Positions 12,030-20,881 of a stretch of DNA of 64,000 nucleotides are shown here, piece by piece. Numbering within the stretch: position 1 is the stretch's first letter; the number at the start of each line of letters is the position of its first letter. The notes under the pieces were generated by a model. The model was not told the origin of the DNA. It ran no database searches and was given only the letters and a program-made list of their open reading frames with translations. Origin of the DNA: an uncultured cyanobacterium (GTDB taxonomy: Bacteria; Cyanobacteriota; Cyanobacteriia; Phormidesmidales; Phormidesmidaceae); contig CAWBZI010000001.1 of the NCBI GenBank assembly GCA_963793265.1, positions 1,248,001-1,312,000 on the forward strand, written 5' to 3'. A program made the position numbers and the translations under genes.

Positions 12030-12488
12030 ATGGATCTCAAGCGAATTGCGAAAGATACAACACAGGTGCTCACCAGCTACCTTACCTATCAAGCCGTTCG
12101 CACTGTGCTAAGCCAGCTTTTAGAAGCCAATCTGCCGCTGTTTCATCAGCTCAATGAGTTTGCGAGTCGTGAAAAGATCCAGGATGGAGAGGTGTTTATT
12201 ACCGATCTGTTCAAGGAGCACCCTGAGTTGGCTTTAAGAATAATGACGGTGCGGCAGCATATTGCCGAAGAAATTGGAGAATTTCTGCCAGAGATGGTCA
12301 CCAGCAATATTCAGCAAACCAACATGGGGCATCGCAAAAAGCACTTAGAGCGCATGACTCAGATGACCTCTGAAGAACTAGCGGCAAGCGCGGAAAAAAC
12401 AGACAGCTTAGAGCCACCTTCACAGCAAGGCACTGATACCTCTGAGCCAGAAACGCCCGATACCGAACGTCCAGATTCTTCGACTTAG
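12030..12488 (+). CDS. rbcX: RuBisCO chaperone RbcX
   Basis: MDLKRIAKDT...SYLTYQAVRTV, ALRIMTVR; lies between rbcL and rbcS. Confidence 0.97.
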   Translation: MDLKRIAKDTTQVLTSYLTYQAVRTVLSQLLEANLPLFHQLNEFASREKIQDGEVFITDLFKEHPELALRIMTVRQHIAEEIGEFLPEMVTSNIQQTNMGHRKKHLERMTQMTSEELAASAEKTDSLEPPSQQGTDTSEPETPDTERPDSST

Positions 12489-12603
12489 ACTCACTTAGAC
12501 TCTGTTCAAATTTCCCTAAACCTGTACAACAAGGCTGCAATAGCAATTCTCTCTAACCGGGGGCTAGCGCAGCCGAAGTCCATTTTCACACTGGAAGAAA
12601 TCC

Positions 12604-12957
12604 ATGAAAACTCTGCCTAAAGAGCGTCGGTATGAAACGCTTTCGTACCTTCCCCCCCTCACTGACCAACAGATCGAAAAGCAGATCAACTACTGTCTGC
12701 AAATGGGCTATATCCCTGCTGTTGAGTTCAATGAGAACTCTGATCCTGAAGTTTACTACTGGACAATGTGGAAGCTGCCTTTGTTTGGCGCAACCAGCAC
12801 TCGCGCGGTTCTAGACGAAGTGCAAGCTTGCCGCTCTGAGTACGGCAACTGCTTCATCCGCGTTGTTGGCTTTGATAACGTTAAGCAGTGTCAGGCTGTA
12901 AGCTTTATCGTTCACAAGCCCGGCAGCAACAACAGCGGCGGCGGCTACCGCTACTAA
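12604..12957 (+). CDS. rbcS: RuBisCO small subunit
   Basis: Motifs [20 protein letters not shown] and IRVVGFDN. Confidence 0.99.
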   Translation: MKTLPKERRYETLSYLPPLTDQQIEKQINYCLQMGYIPAVEFNENSDPEVYYWTMWKLPLFGATSTRAVLDEVQACRSEYGNCFIRVVGFDNVKQCQAVSFIVHKPGSNNSGGGYRY

Positions 12958-13001
12958 GTACTAATCTAAATCGATTTTAGATCAGTGCTTCCATAGAATA
13001 G

Positions 13002-13040
13002 AAAGAGGGCGCTCAGTAATACTGGCCGCCCTCTTTTTTT
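13002..13040 (+). terminator. rbcLXS terminator
   Basis: AAAGAGGGCG...CGCCCTCTTTTTTT hairpin plus U-tract. Confidence 0.8.
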
Positions 13041-13192
13041 GAATGTGTCTTATGAACGGCACGAAGTCCAGAATATATTCCTCACGAACCCAGATACTAG
13101 AACTTGCAAGAGAGAATACAAGTTATTTTGAGTAGACGCTGAAAGTGGGAATGTGCGCTGGCATGGACATTTAACAAAAGGATCAAACAACA

Positions 13193-13573
13193 GTGCTAAT
13201 CACTAACAGCGGGCGCTTCTTTCGCATCGTGATTTCTATGGTGGTTTTTAGCGCAGTGTTTCTTTGGAGTGATGCTGCTGTGGCCGATCTGCAAAGTTCT
13301 CAGTTCAAAGAAAAACCTGCCACTTTAGTAGGCCCTCGTGAGAACTCTGCGATCGCTCTCTACATTCGTCCCGCACCCAACCAGCAGCCCGTCGGCTACG
13401 GCATGAGCGGCGATGCTGTCACCGTCACCGATCAGTTTGGTGACTACCTGATGGAAGACGATCCGAGCGCTACCTGGAGCCATATTCGCTTAGAAAAACC
13501 GCCCTATACCGAAGGCTGGCTAAGAGGAAGATTCTTGACAATGCAACCGGCAGATGGAACAGCTCAAGATTAG
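13193..13573 (+). CDS. Secreted SH3-like domain protein
   Basis: Signal peptide and SH3b-like pattern (IRPAP...GD.V.V...W......EGW). Confidence 0.6.
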   Translation: MLITNSGRFFRIVISMVVFSAVFLWSDAAVADLQSSQFKEKPATLVGPRENSAIALYIRPAPNQQPVGYGMSGDAVTVTDQFGDYLMEDDPSATWSHIRLEKPPYTEGWLRGRFLTMQPADGTAQD

Positions 13574-13609
13574 ATAGTTTCCTTGTCTACATAGTTAGGC
13601 TCTATCTAT

Positions 13610-13908
13610 CTATACTGCAAAGAAACTGGTGAGCGATCGCACTACATCTTCCGGCGCTTCTTCTGGCACAAAATGCCCGCAGTCTAACGACTTCCCTTCC
13701 ACCTGCTCTGCATAGCGCCGCCAAACTGGCAGCACATCATAATTTTTCTCCATCGCCCCTTTACCACCCCACAGCACCAAAAGCGTTGATGGTTTTGAAG
13801 ATGTGGTGGGTAGGGACGATGTAGAAGAGGCGGGCCGTTGCCGCCTATACGAACGTGCAGGGCAACGTCGGTGAGCTGGACTTTTTGGATGGCGAAATTT
13901 GAGAACAT
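13610..13908 (-). pseudogene. Internally deleted alpha/beta-hydrolase (haloacetate dehalogenase-like)
   Basis: N-terminus (LHVRIGGNGPPLL) and C-terminus (LVLWG...YDVL..W...CGHFVPEEAPE) lie in different frames within about 300 bp. Confidence 0.75.
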
Positions 13909-13986
13909 AGGGGTTTAGCGGGTTAAGAGGCGATGGACACTCAATCAATCGGGTAGAACTAAAATAGAGCATATATAGTCAGAAAC

Positions 13987-15087
13987 TTGATTGGAAAGGT
14001 GGTCGGTATGGACGCAGCAGTGATTCGCCAGGGTGAGCTGGTAGGGCGAGGGGTGATGGCGTATGAGACGACTGAGGAAGTAGGCGCTGTGGCTCACTTG
14101 TTGGTAGATGTGCGGCGTTCGGCGGTGGTGGGCCTGGCTTGCAAGACGGGCGGGCTGATGGGACGAAAGCAGGCTTTGGGCTGGACGCAGCTTGTGAAGA
14201 TTGGGCGCGATAGTTTGATTGTGCGGATGGAGGCTGCGCCTGATTGGGTAGTGGCGAGTGAGGCGGAGCTGACAGCGGCTCAGGATATGACGGGGTTGGA
14301 AGTGTGGACGGATGGGGGCGATCACATCGGTCACATTGTTGATTTTTGCCTGGATCAATCAACTGGCGAAGTACAACAATATCTATTTGCGCTTGATGCT
14401 GAGTCAAATGAACTGTTGCAACCTGCACTTGAAAGAGAACCAGAGACTCCTGCCGACAGCCGCTCAGATGAGCCTTTAGGCATTGAAAAACCTGTGCCTA
14501 GTGATGAAAAGGTAGTGGCCGAGAGCGTGACGGTGTATAGCATTGAGCCGCAGGCCGTGATTAGCGCCGGGCGTAAGCGGATGATGATTTCTGAGACGGC
14601 AGCTAGGCAGGCTGACCCCTACAAGCAATTGTTGAACATTGCAGCGCCACAGACAGAAAGGCCGGTAAGCTGGAGGTCTGAGCAGCTACCGGAGATGCCA
14701 ACAGATTTTGGTGCTTTGTTGCAAAAGGGCCAGTCGATGGCAGGCAAGGTGACAGAGCAGGTGCGGCAGCGGGCGAAGCAGTTTACAGATCAGCAGCTTG
14801 CGAATCAGGAGTTTGTGGCGGGCGATTCGCTGCCAGATATCACCGAACAGCTTCAGGAAAAGGCGCAGCAGGCCCGGCAGCAGATGCAGACGCAGTTTGG
14901 GAAGGTACGCGATCGCGCTAAAGATCAGCTAGATCTCGAAAAACTAGACATTGATAAGACGCCGTTAGGAAAAATGCCGTTTGGGCGATCGCTCGGTAAA
15001 ACGCTCGATAAGTTCAAGCGCCCTCAGCGGCCTACCGTAGATCCGATTGATGTAGATGCCTTTGAGGTGTGGGAAGAAGACGAATAA
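13987..15087 (+). CDS. PRC-barrel domain protein
   Basis: Two PRC-like repeats (GLEVWTDGGDHIGHIVDFCLD) and a Gln-rich tail. Confidence 0.75.
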   Translation: MIGKVVGMDAAVIRQGELVGRGVMAYETTEEVGAVAHLLVDVRRSAVVGLACKTGGLMGRKQALGWTQLVKIGRDSLIVRMEAAPDWVVASEAELTAAQDMTGLEVWTDGGDHIGHIVDFCLDQSTGEVQQYLFALDAESNELLQPALEREPETPADSRSDEPLGIEKPVPSDEKVVAESVTVYSIEPQAVISAGRKRMMISETAARQADPYKQLLNIAAPQTERPVSWRSEQLPEMPTDFGALLQKGQSMAGKVTEQVRQRAKQFTDQQLANQEFVAGDSLPDITEQLQEKAQQARQQMQTQFGKVRDRAKDQLDLEKLDIDKTPLGKMPFGRSLGKTLDKFKRPQRPTVDPIDVDAFEVWEEDE

Positions 15088-15178
15088 GACAAATGATGAC
15101 AACCTTGCCCTAAATGCGCTCTAATCAGCATATCTATCAAGGAGAGTTCCTTTTTATCCCTCTTCAAAAGATTAATCG

Positions 15179-17287
15179 ATGGTTAGCCAAAGCAACGGCA
15201 TTTTTGCAGAAAGCGCGTTTACGAAGCCTGCTGAGGGTGACGCTTTAACCTGTTCTATTTTGGTTGTCGGCGGATCGACAGCGGCCTATTCGGCGGCTTT
15301 GGTAGCGCTGCAAATGAATGTGGATGTGTGCCTGGTGCAGCCGCAAAAGATGGTGGGCGGGCAGTTTACGGCCCAGGGACTGCCTGCCTCAGATGACGGC
15401 GACTTGCTTAAGCAGCGGGCGAGCTTTAGTACGGTTGATGGGGAGGCGTTTGCGCTTTCTAAAAATCAAAGGTGGTTTCGCGATCGCCAGCGTCAGCTTC
15501 AGCCAGTGGGGGGCCGCATTCAGCAAAATCCTGGGGGTGCGTGGGTATGTCCAATTACAACGACGCCTGTAGTCGCCGCAACCGCGATGAACGAGCGACT
15601 GATTCCTTACCTGAACAATGGCAAGCTTCGGCTGATAGTGCAAAGTGAACCGATTGAAGTGCTGATGGCCCAGTCAGTAGAGGAAGCTCAGGCTCAAGCT
15701 GAGCGATCGCGCGTGACTGGCGTGAAGTTTCGCGATTTGGCAGGTCGCACCTTTACAGTTACCGCTCAGGTGACGATTGAAGCAACAGACTTTGGCGACC
15801 TTTTAGATATTGCGAATCTGCCGTCTCGGGTGGGGCAAGAGTCGCGCTTTGATACGGGTGAGGCGATTTTGCGTGATGAGGCCGTGCCCGAGTGCCAGCA
15901 GTCCTTTACGTTTAACGTGGTGGTAGAGCGCACCGCACCGGGGGGCGGGCAAGTTATGGCAAAGCCTGAGGGCTATGGCCGCGAGCCCTGGCTGAACCTG
16001 CGCGACTTTACCGGCGACTACTGGATCTTGAAGCCTAGAGGATGGGACAAACGCGATTTTTTCGCACCCTATGGCATCTTTCGCTATCGGCGGCTCAAAC
16101 GTGTCTCCACCTACGAGAAAGCTATCAGCGTTGGAGATGTGTCGGTGATTAACTGGGGCACCTCGGCGCATCCTGAGCGGGGCGAATGCTGTGGGAATGA
16201 TTTTCGGCGGGGGGCGTTAATTGGCATCAGTCGGCAGGAGCGGGCGGTTTTGATTGAGCGGGCACGCGATCGCGCCAAAGCCTACGTCCACTATCTACAA
16301 ACCCACGGCAGCAGCGATCTCAAGCCTCGGGGCGATTTTACCTGGAGCCCAGACGGCATTGCCTTAGAACCCTACATCCGCGAAGCCCGCCGAGGCATTG
16401 CGCTGTCCACCATCCGCCATGAAGACGTAGCCGAAAGCTTTTTTCCTGGCCAGGCCCGCGCTCGCACCTTCGATGACAGCTTAGGCATTGGTCAATATCA
16501 CTACCTAGACTTGCACGGCAATTTACAAGTGGGCCACATTACTCCCAAAGGCAAAGACGCTGCCGCGCTACCGTTTTCTCTCCCGGCCAAATCGCTAGTG
16601 CCGATGACCACTGACGGGCTAGTGCTCTCAGCTAAGAGCATCGGGACGACGCATATTACCAACGCGGCCTATCGAATGCACCCGATGGAGTGGGCGATCG
16701 GCGAGGCCAGCGGATTTTTAGCGGTGTTTAGCGTGTGGGCTGATGTGAGCCCGCGCACAATTGTAGAAACAGTACCGCTGTTGCGTAAGCTTCAAGGATT
16801 CATGGCACGCAACGGCATTCCCATTTTTTGGTTTGATGATGTGGGGCACGATGACCCCGACTTTGAGCCGATTCAGGTAATGGCGACCACAGGCATCATT
16901 CGCAGTGAAAATGCGAATAACCTGCACTTTCGGCCCTACGCGAATGTGTCTCGGGCGGTGGTTTCGACAGCGCTGGTAAGTTTGTTGAACTTAGAAAAAG
17001 TGAGCCCAGCTAGACCCAGTTTTTCTGACGTTCGCCCCGGTGAGCACTGGGCCTATAGCAATATCGAGACGCTGAAGGCGCAAGGGATGATTGCAGGCGT
17101 TGGCGGCGGTCGGTTTGCTCCAGATGAGATGATTACGCGCAAGCAGCTTTCCTTTTTAATTAAAGCGGCAGTGCCCGCAGCGCATTCGCTGGCGTTCGCG
17201 AATTTGAGTCAGGATAATCAAAAGCTAACGCGCCGCGAGCTGTCGAGAGCATTTTACGCGCTGATGAAACATCAGTTTGATATCTAA
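15179..17287 (+). CDS. FAD-dependent oxidoreductase with C-terminal S-layer homology domains
   Basis: Motifs LVVGGSTA, IEATDFGDL, PYIREARR and AYRMHPMEW; SLH motifs FSDV...HWAY and FAPDEMITR. Confidence 0.85.
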   Translation: MVSQSNGIFAESAFTKPAEGDALTCSILVVGGSTAAYSAALVALQMNVDVCLVQPQKMVGGQFTAQGLPASDDGDLLKQRASFSTVDGEAFALSKNQRWFRDRQRQLQPVGGRIQQNPGGAWVCPITTTPVVAATAMNERLIPYLNNGKLRLIVQSEPIEVLMAQSVEEAQAQAERSRVTGVKFRDLAGRTFTVTAQVTIEATDFGDLLDIANLPSRVGQESRFDTGEAILRDEAVPECQQSFTFNVVVERTAPGGGQVMAKPEGYGREPWLNLRDFTGDYWILKPRGWDKRDFFAPYGIFRYRRLKRVSTYEKAISVGDVSVINWGTSAHPERGECCGNDFRRGALIGISRQERAVLIERARDRAKAYVHYLQTHGSSDLKPRGDFTWSPDGIALEPYIREARRGIALSTIRHEDVAESFFPGQARARTFDDSLGIGQYHYLDLHGNLQVGHITPKGKDAAALPFSLPAKSLVPMTTDGLVLSAKSIGTTHITNAAYRMHPMEWAIGEASGFLAVFSVWADVSPRTIVETVPLLRKLQGFMARNGIPIFWFDDVGHDDPDFEPIQVMATTGIIRSENANNLHFRPYANVSRAVVSTALVSLLNLEKVSPARPSFSDVRPGEHWAYSNIETLKAQGMIAGVGGGRFAPDEMITRKQLSFLIKAAVPAAHSLAFANLSQDNQKLTRRELSRAFYALMKHQFDI

Positions 17288-17302
17288 GCTATACCAGCGA
17301 AC

Positions 17303-17332
17303 TGTAGGGGCTCAAGGCTTTGCACCCTCCAG
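17303..17332 (+). repeat. GTAG-type REP-like palindrome
   Basis: TGTAGGGGCTC-AAGGCTTT-GCACCCTCCAG just downstream of a stop codon. Confidence 0.55.
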
Positions 17333-17535
17333 CTCTCCGGCACAGCAAACAGTCAAATTTTCGATCCCAAGCTCTAGAAACTAACCGAAAGCAGAGTAAG
17401 TCACATGTATATAGAAGCAATGCGCTAAGCGTATCTATCCCATAGCAAATAAGCATACATGCTTACGAAGCCATACTAATTTGTGCTTATCTTTATGAAA
17501 TAATAAGTATATTCACACAAACCTTTTGCGGCACG

Positions 17536-18717
17536 TTGCACTTAAAAATGCTTTCAAACATCATCCCCCGCTACAAATCCGCTTTACCGCTGGTGTTAAT
17601 GGCTTCACCATTGCTATTAGCAGCAAAGCCTATGGATCTAGAAGACCGTGGTTTTGTTTGCAACATTGATAGACCGTCTGCGGCTGAGGGGTCTGGTCAA
17701 TATTCAGAACAATATTCACAGGAGGCGGAAGAGCGGGCGATCGCGCAACCTATCTCCACGCAATACCAAGCGCTAGTGAACTCAGAGCAAGAGCTGTCTG
17801 CGTTCTCTAGAGCGCGTTGGGCCACAGCGCTACGACTGCTGCTGTCTAATCCATATGTCAATGAAACCGCGACCTCGCCTGGCGGTGTGAGAACGAGCCC
17901 GGCTACGGCCCCGACACAAAACGACTGCTTAGCAAGTGCAACGGGTGAGATCTTCTTGAGCCAAGAGCCGGATCTACTGCCTGTGTTAGGCCCGCCGCCT
18001 TCGCAACCTATAAATCAGCCCGTTAATCGGCCAGTTGTGACACCGCCAGTCGTACCCCCCCCAGTCGTAACGCCACCTGCGCCATCTGTTCGCCCAGCGC
18101 CCGCGGCAGTTACGCCAACCGCACCCACGACGCCAACAATGCCGACGACCGTTACCCCTCTACCTGCGCCAGTTTCGCCTACGCCCGCTACGATAGATGC
18201 CCCTTCAGGCCTATCTACCGGCCCCGCCTCTTTCGACCCTAGTAACATCACGCCGACGACCGTTGACCCCACGCCGTTCGACGGTCTAACGATTTCAACG
18301 CTTGCCTCTAAGCCCGACGGCAACTATCGCTACCTAGCGGGCGCTGCTGAACAGCGCGCCTATACAGATGAAGAGCTTCAGCAGCAGGGCGGCTCCATTT
18401 TTGTGCTCAAAAAGGAAGGCAATCGGATCACTGGCAGCCTATTGCCTCGCCTTGGCTCACCAGGTATTTGTGTGACTGGTGTTGCGAGCGGCAATACGGT
18501 GTCGGGGTTTGCGTACCCTGATGGGGACGCGCAGCCTCAAAGCAATTTGCCGGGGGCGCTGCAAGTTCGACAGGTGCGTACGGAAGATGAAGGCTTCTAC
18601 TATGCTGGGGCGGTTTTAGATCTCTCTGGCTTTACGCCGATTAATGCAGGCGCTAGCCTGCCGCCCGAGCGCTGTGCTGTCAGTCCTTCGACGGTTGCCA
18701 CTGAGACTAAAGAATAG
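17536..18717 (+). CDS. Secreted Pro/Thr-rich hypothetical protein
   Basis: Signal-like N-terminus, P/T/V-rich linker, and a C-terminal domain shared with the next gene. Confidence 0.75.
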   Translation: MHLKMLSNIIPRYKSALPLVLMASPLLLAAKPMDLEDRGFVCNIDRPSAAEGSGQYSEQYSQEAEERAIAQPISTQYQALVNSEQELSAFSRARWATALRLLLSNPYVNETATSPGGVRTSPATAPTQNDCLASATGEIFLSQEPDLLPVLGPPPSQPINQPVNRPVVTPPVVPPPVVTPPAPSVRPAPAAVTPTAPTTPTMPTTVTPLPAPVSPTPATIDAPSGLSTGPASFDPSNITPTTVDPTPFDGLTISTLASKPDGNYRYLAGAAEQRAYTDEELQQQGGSIFVLKKEGNRITGSLLPRLGSPGICVTGVASGNTVSGFAYPDGDAQPQSNLPGALQVRQVRTEDEGFYYAGAVLDLSGFTPINAGASLPPERCAVSPSTVATETKE

Positions 18718-18841
18718 GCGTATCAGCAGTGACAGCAGAAAGCTGGCGCGTTAATTTCCGTATAATCACGGTATAGTGAACCTACACGGGTGCTGATCAA
18801 TACATCAGCGGGATAAGCCTTCTTATCTCTTCATTTAAGCC

Positions 18842-19795
18842 ATGTTTAATCGTCTTTTTATCACTGCTGCGATCGCCCTTCCCTTCGTAGCCCTCACCCC
18901 TTTTTCTGCAGCGGCTCAAATACAAATTATTCGCATCAGACAATCAACCTTCGATCGCCCGCTGCTTAGGGGCACGCCGCAGTTTATTGTGTGTGGCTAC
19001 AGTCCTTCTGTTCGCCCTAATCCGCTAGGTCAGCAGGCTTCTATCACGGTGAGCGAAGTTGATGGTAGCAGTACTTTTCGCTACAACGGGCCTGACGGAG
19101 CGCGATCGCTCACGCTACCCGGTACCTCTATTCGGTTCGCTCGCCGTCAGCTCGTTAACAGCCCGGCTCAGTACGCTGCGCTAATCGGGCGATCACTCAA
19201 CGATCCGATTGTTCTAAGAGGGTTTAGCTCAGTTGATAGGCTACTGTCTTGCGAAGATGCAAACGAAAGGAGTGCAGCGAATAATGTTCGCTTTGATGCC
19301 TCTGGTGCAGTTACGAATGCGATTAGAGATACGGCTGGTAGAGGTGTTTTGCGCACCACTGTTTCGACGCGTAGTAGTCGATCCGATGCAGATAGGGTAA
19401 CGACTATAGCGAGCTTGCCCGATGGTAACTACCGCTTTACAACGGCTCGGGCTAGCTCAGGCGGTGGCTCTATTAATGGCGTGCTACAAGATAGCGGCGA
19501 TCGCACGTTCACTTTCCGCAAAGCGGGCGAGTCAGTCACCGGCAACTTTGTTTATGTCGATAGTGGTGAAAGCGCCTGCGTAAGTGGCATTGTGCAAGGC
19601 AACACCGTTGTTGGTCAGGCTGTGAGCAATAGCTTCGGCACAGATGTGTTGGGCCAAAGGTATTTAGGCTCGGGACTGTCTTTGCGACTAGAAGAGAATA
19701 GTGGCAACTTTTACAACAATGCCACCCTCAGCCTCGGCGGATTCTCTCGCATCGATGCAGGTGATGTGCAGCCGCCCGCAAGCTGCCGTTCCTAA
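18842..19795 (+). CDS. Secreted hypothetical protein, paralog of the upstream gene
   Basis: Signal peptide (AAA-Q) and shared PDGNYR...C..G...GNTV.G.A domain. Confidence 0.75.
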   Translation: MFNRLFITAAIALPFVALTPFSAAAQIQIIRIRQSTFDRPLLRGTPQFIVCGYSPSVRPNPLGQQASITVSEVDGSSTFRYNGPDGARSLTLPGTSIRFARRQLVNSPAQYAALIGRSLNDPIVLRGFSSVDRLLSCEDANERSAANNVRFDASGAVTNAIRDTAGRGVLRTTVSTRSSRSDADRVTTIASLPDGNYRFTTARASSGGGSINGVLQDSGDRTFTFRKAGESVTGNFVYVDSGESACVSGIVQGNTVVGQAVSNSFGTDVLGQRYLGSGLSLRLEENSGNFYNNATLSLGGFSRIDAGDVQPPASCRS

Positions 19796-19803
19796 GCTCA
19801 ACC

Positions 19804-20328
19804 TTAAGCTTCAACAAAGTTCAAGGCAACACCGTTCATACAGTAGCGCTTGCCCGTAGGCTTAGGGCCATCGTTGAACACATGGCCCAGATGTCCGCCG
19901 CAGCTACTACAGTGCACCTCGGTTCGACTCATCATCAGAGAGTTGTCTATTGTGGTTGCGATCGCGCCCTCAATCGGCGCATAAAAGCTGGGCCAGCCGG
20001 TACGACTGTCAAACTTAGTGCTAGAAGAGAATAGCGGTTGGCTACAGCCCGCACAGGTATAAGTGCCTTTTGCTGTTTGCTTATCGAGCGGACTGCTAAA
20101 GGGCCGTTCTGTTTTCTCTTCTCTAAGCACGCCAAACTCTTCTGGCGTTAAAACCTTTCGCCATTCCGCTGGCGTTTTTACAACCTCAAAATTGCCGCTT
20201 GAAGCGGTGGATGTGTCTGCTTGTGAAGCCGTTTTCTCTTTTGCTAGCGAGGGTAGATAGCGAGATAGCGCAACGGCACCGATAGCCACCGCACCTGTTT
20301 GCATAAGATAGCGTTTTTTCATAGTCAC
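19804..20328 (-). CDS. msrB: Peptide-methionine (R)-S-oxide reductase with N-terminal export signal
   Basis: Motifs KFDSRTGWPSF and GHLGHVFNDGP..TGKRYCMN; two CxxC. Confidence 0.97.
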   Translation of the reverse strand: MTMKKRYLMQTGAVAIGAVALSRYLPSLAKEKTASQADTSTASSGNFEVVKTPAEWRKVLTPEEFGVLREEKTERPFSSPLDKQTAKGTYTCAGCSQPLFSSSTKFDSRTGWPSFYAPIEGAIATTIDNSLMMSRTEVHCSSCGGHLGHVFNDGPKPTGKRYCMNGVALNFVEA

Positions 20329-20543
20329 CGCTTGTTAAAGAACTGTATTCATACTTTAAACAACCGTCCTGAAACCTGACTGAGCTGAAAATAAGGAAAC
20401 TCTCATTTTTTCCAGTCAGATCAAAGGATCAGTAACCTAGTAAGTCTTTGTATCAATTGAGTCAGTGAAAGAATAGTTCTACTTATCTTGATGTAATGCT
20501 GTCGGCCTTTGGTATGACATAGGGTAGGCTATATCTTTCCTCT

Positions 20544-20756
20544 TTGTATCGAGAAAAATTGATGAGCCGTAGAAGACCTAGTTTAGTGACGACAATTGGC
20601 CTTTACTCAGGCGGTGTCCTTTTCGTGATTTTTGCCGTATTGCTGTTGTTACAAGCCACGGGTATTATCCCGGCTGTATCTGGTACTGTTTACGGTGCGT
20701 TAGTTATGCTTGCTGTGGGCTGCGGACTGCTCTACGGCATCGGTCGTCGCGCCTAG
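20544..20756 (+). CDS. Small two-TM membrane protein
   Basis: Basic N-terminus and two hydrophobic helices, followed by a terminator hairpin. Confidence 0.6.
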   Translation: MYREKLMSRRRPSLVTTIGLYSGGVLFVIFAVLLLLQATGIIPAVSGTVYGALVMLAVGCGLLYGIGRRA

Positions 20757-20823
20757 CCTGAGCCTTTATTTTGATAAATAAACGTCAGCCTGGAACACTA
20801 TAGCCTTAGGCTCTGTTATACAG

Positions 20824-20875
20824 CAAAGTGTGGATGTATCCGTATGTGAAAAGGATATATCCACACTTTGTTTTT
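20824..20875. terminator. Terminator hairpin between convergent genes
   Basis: CAAAGTGTGGATGTATCC/GGATATATCCACACTTTG followed by a T-run. Confidence 0.7.
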
Positions 20876-20881
20876 GTGCGA

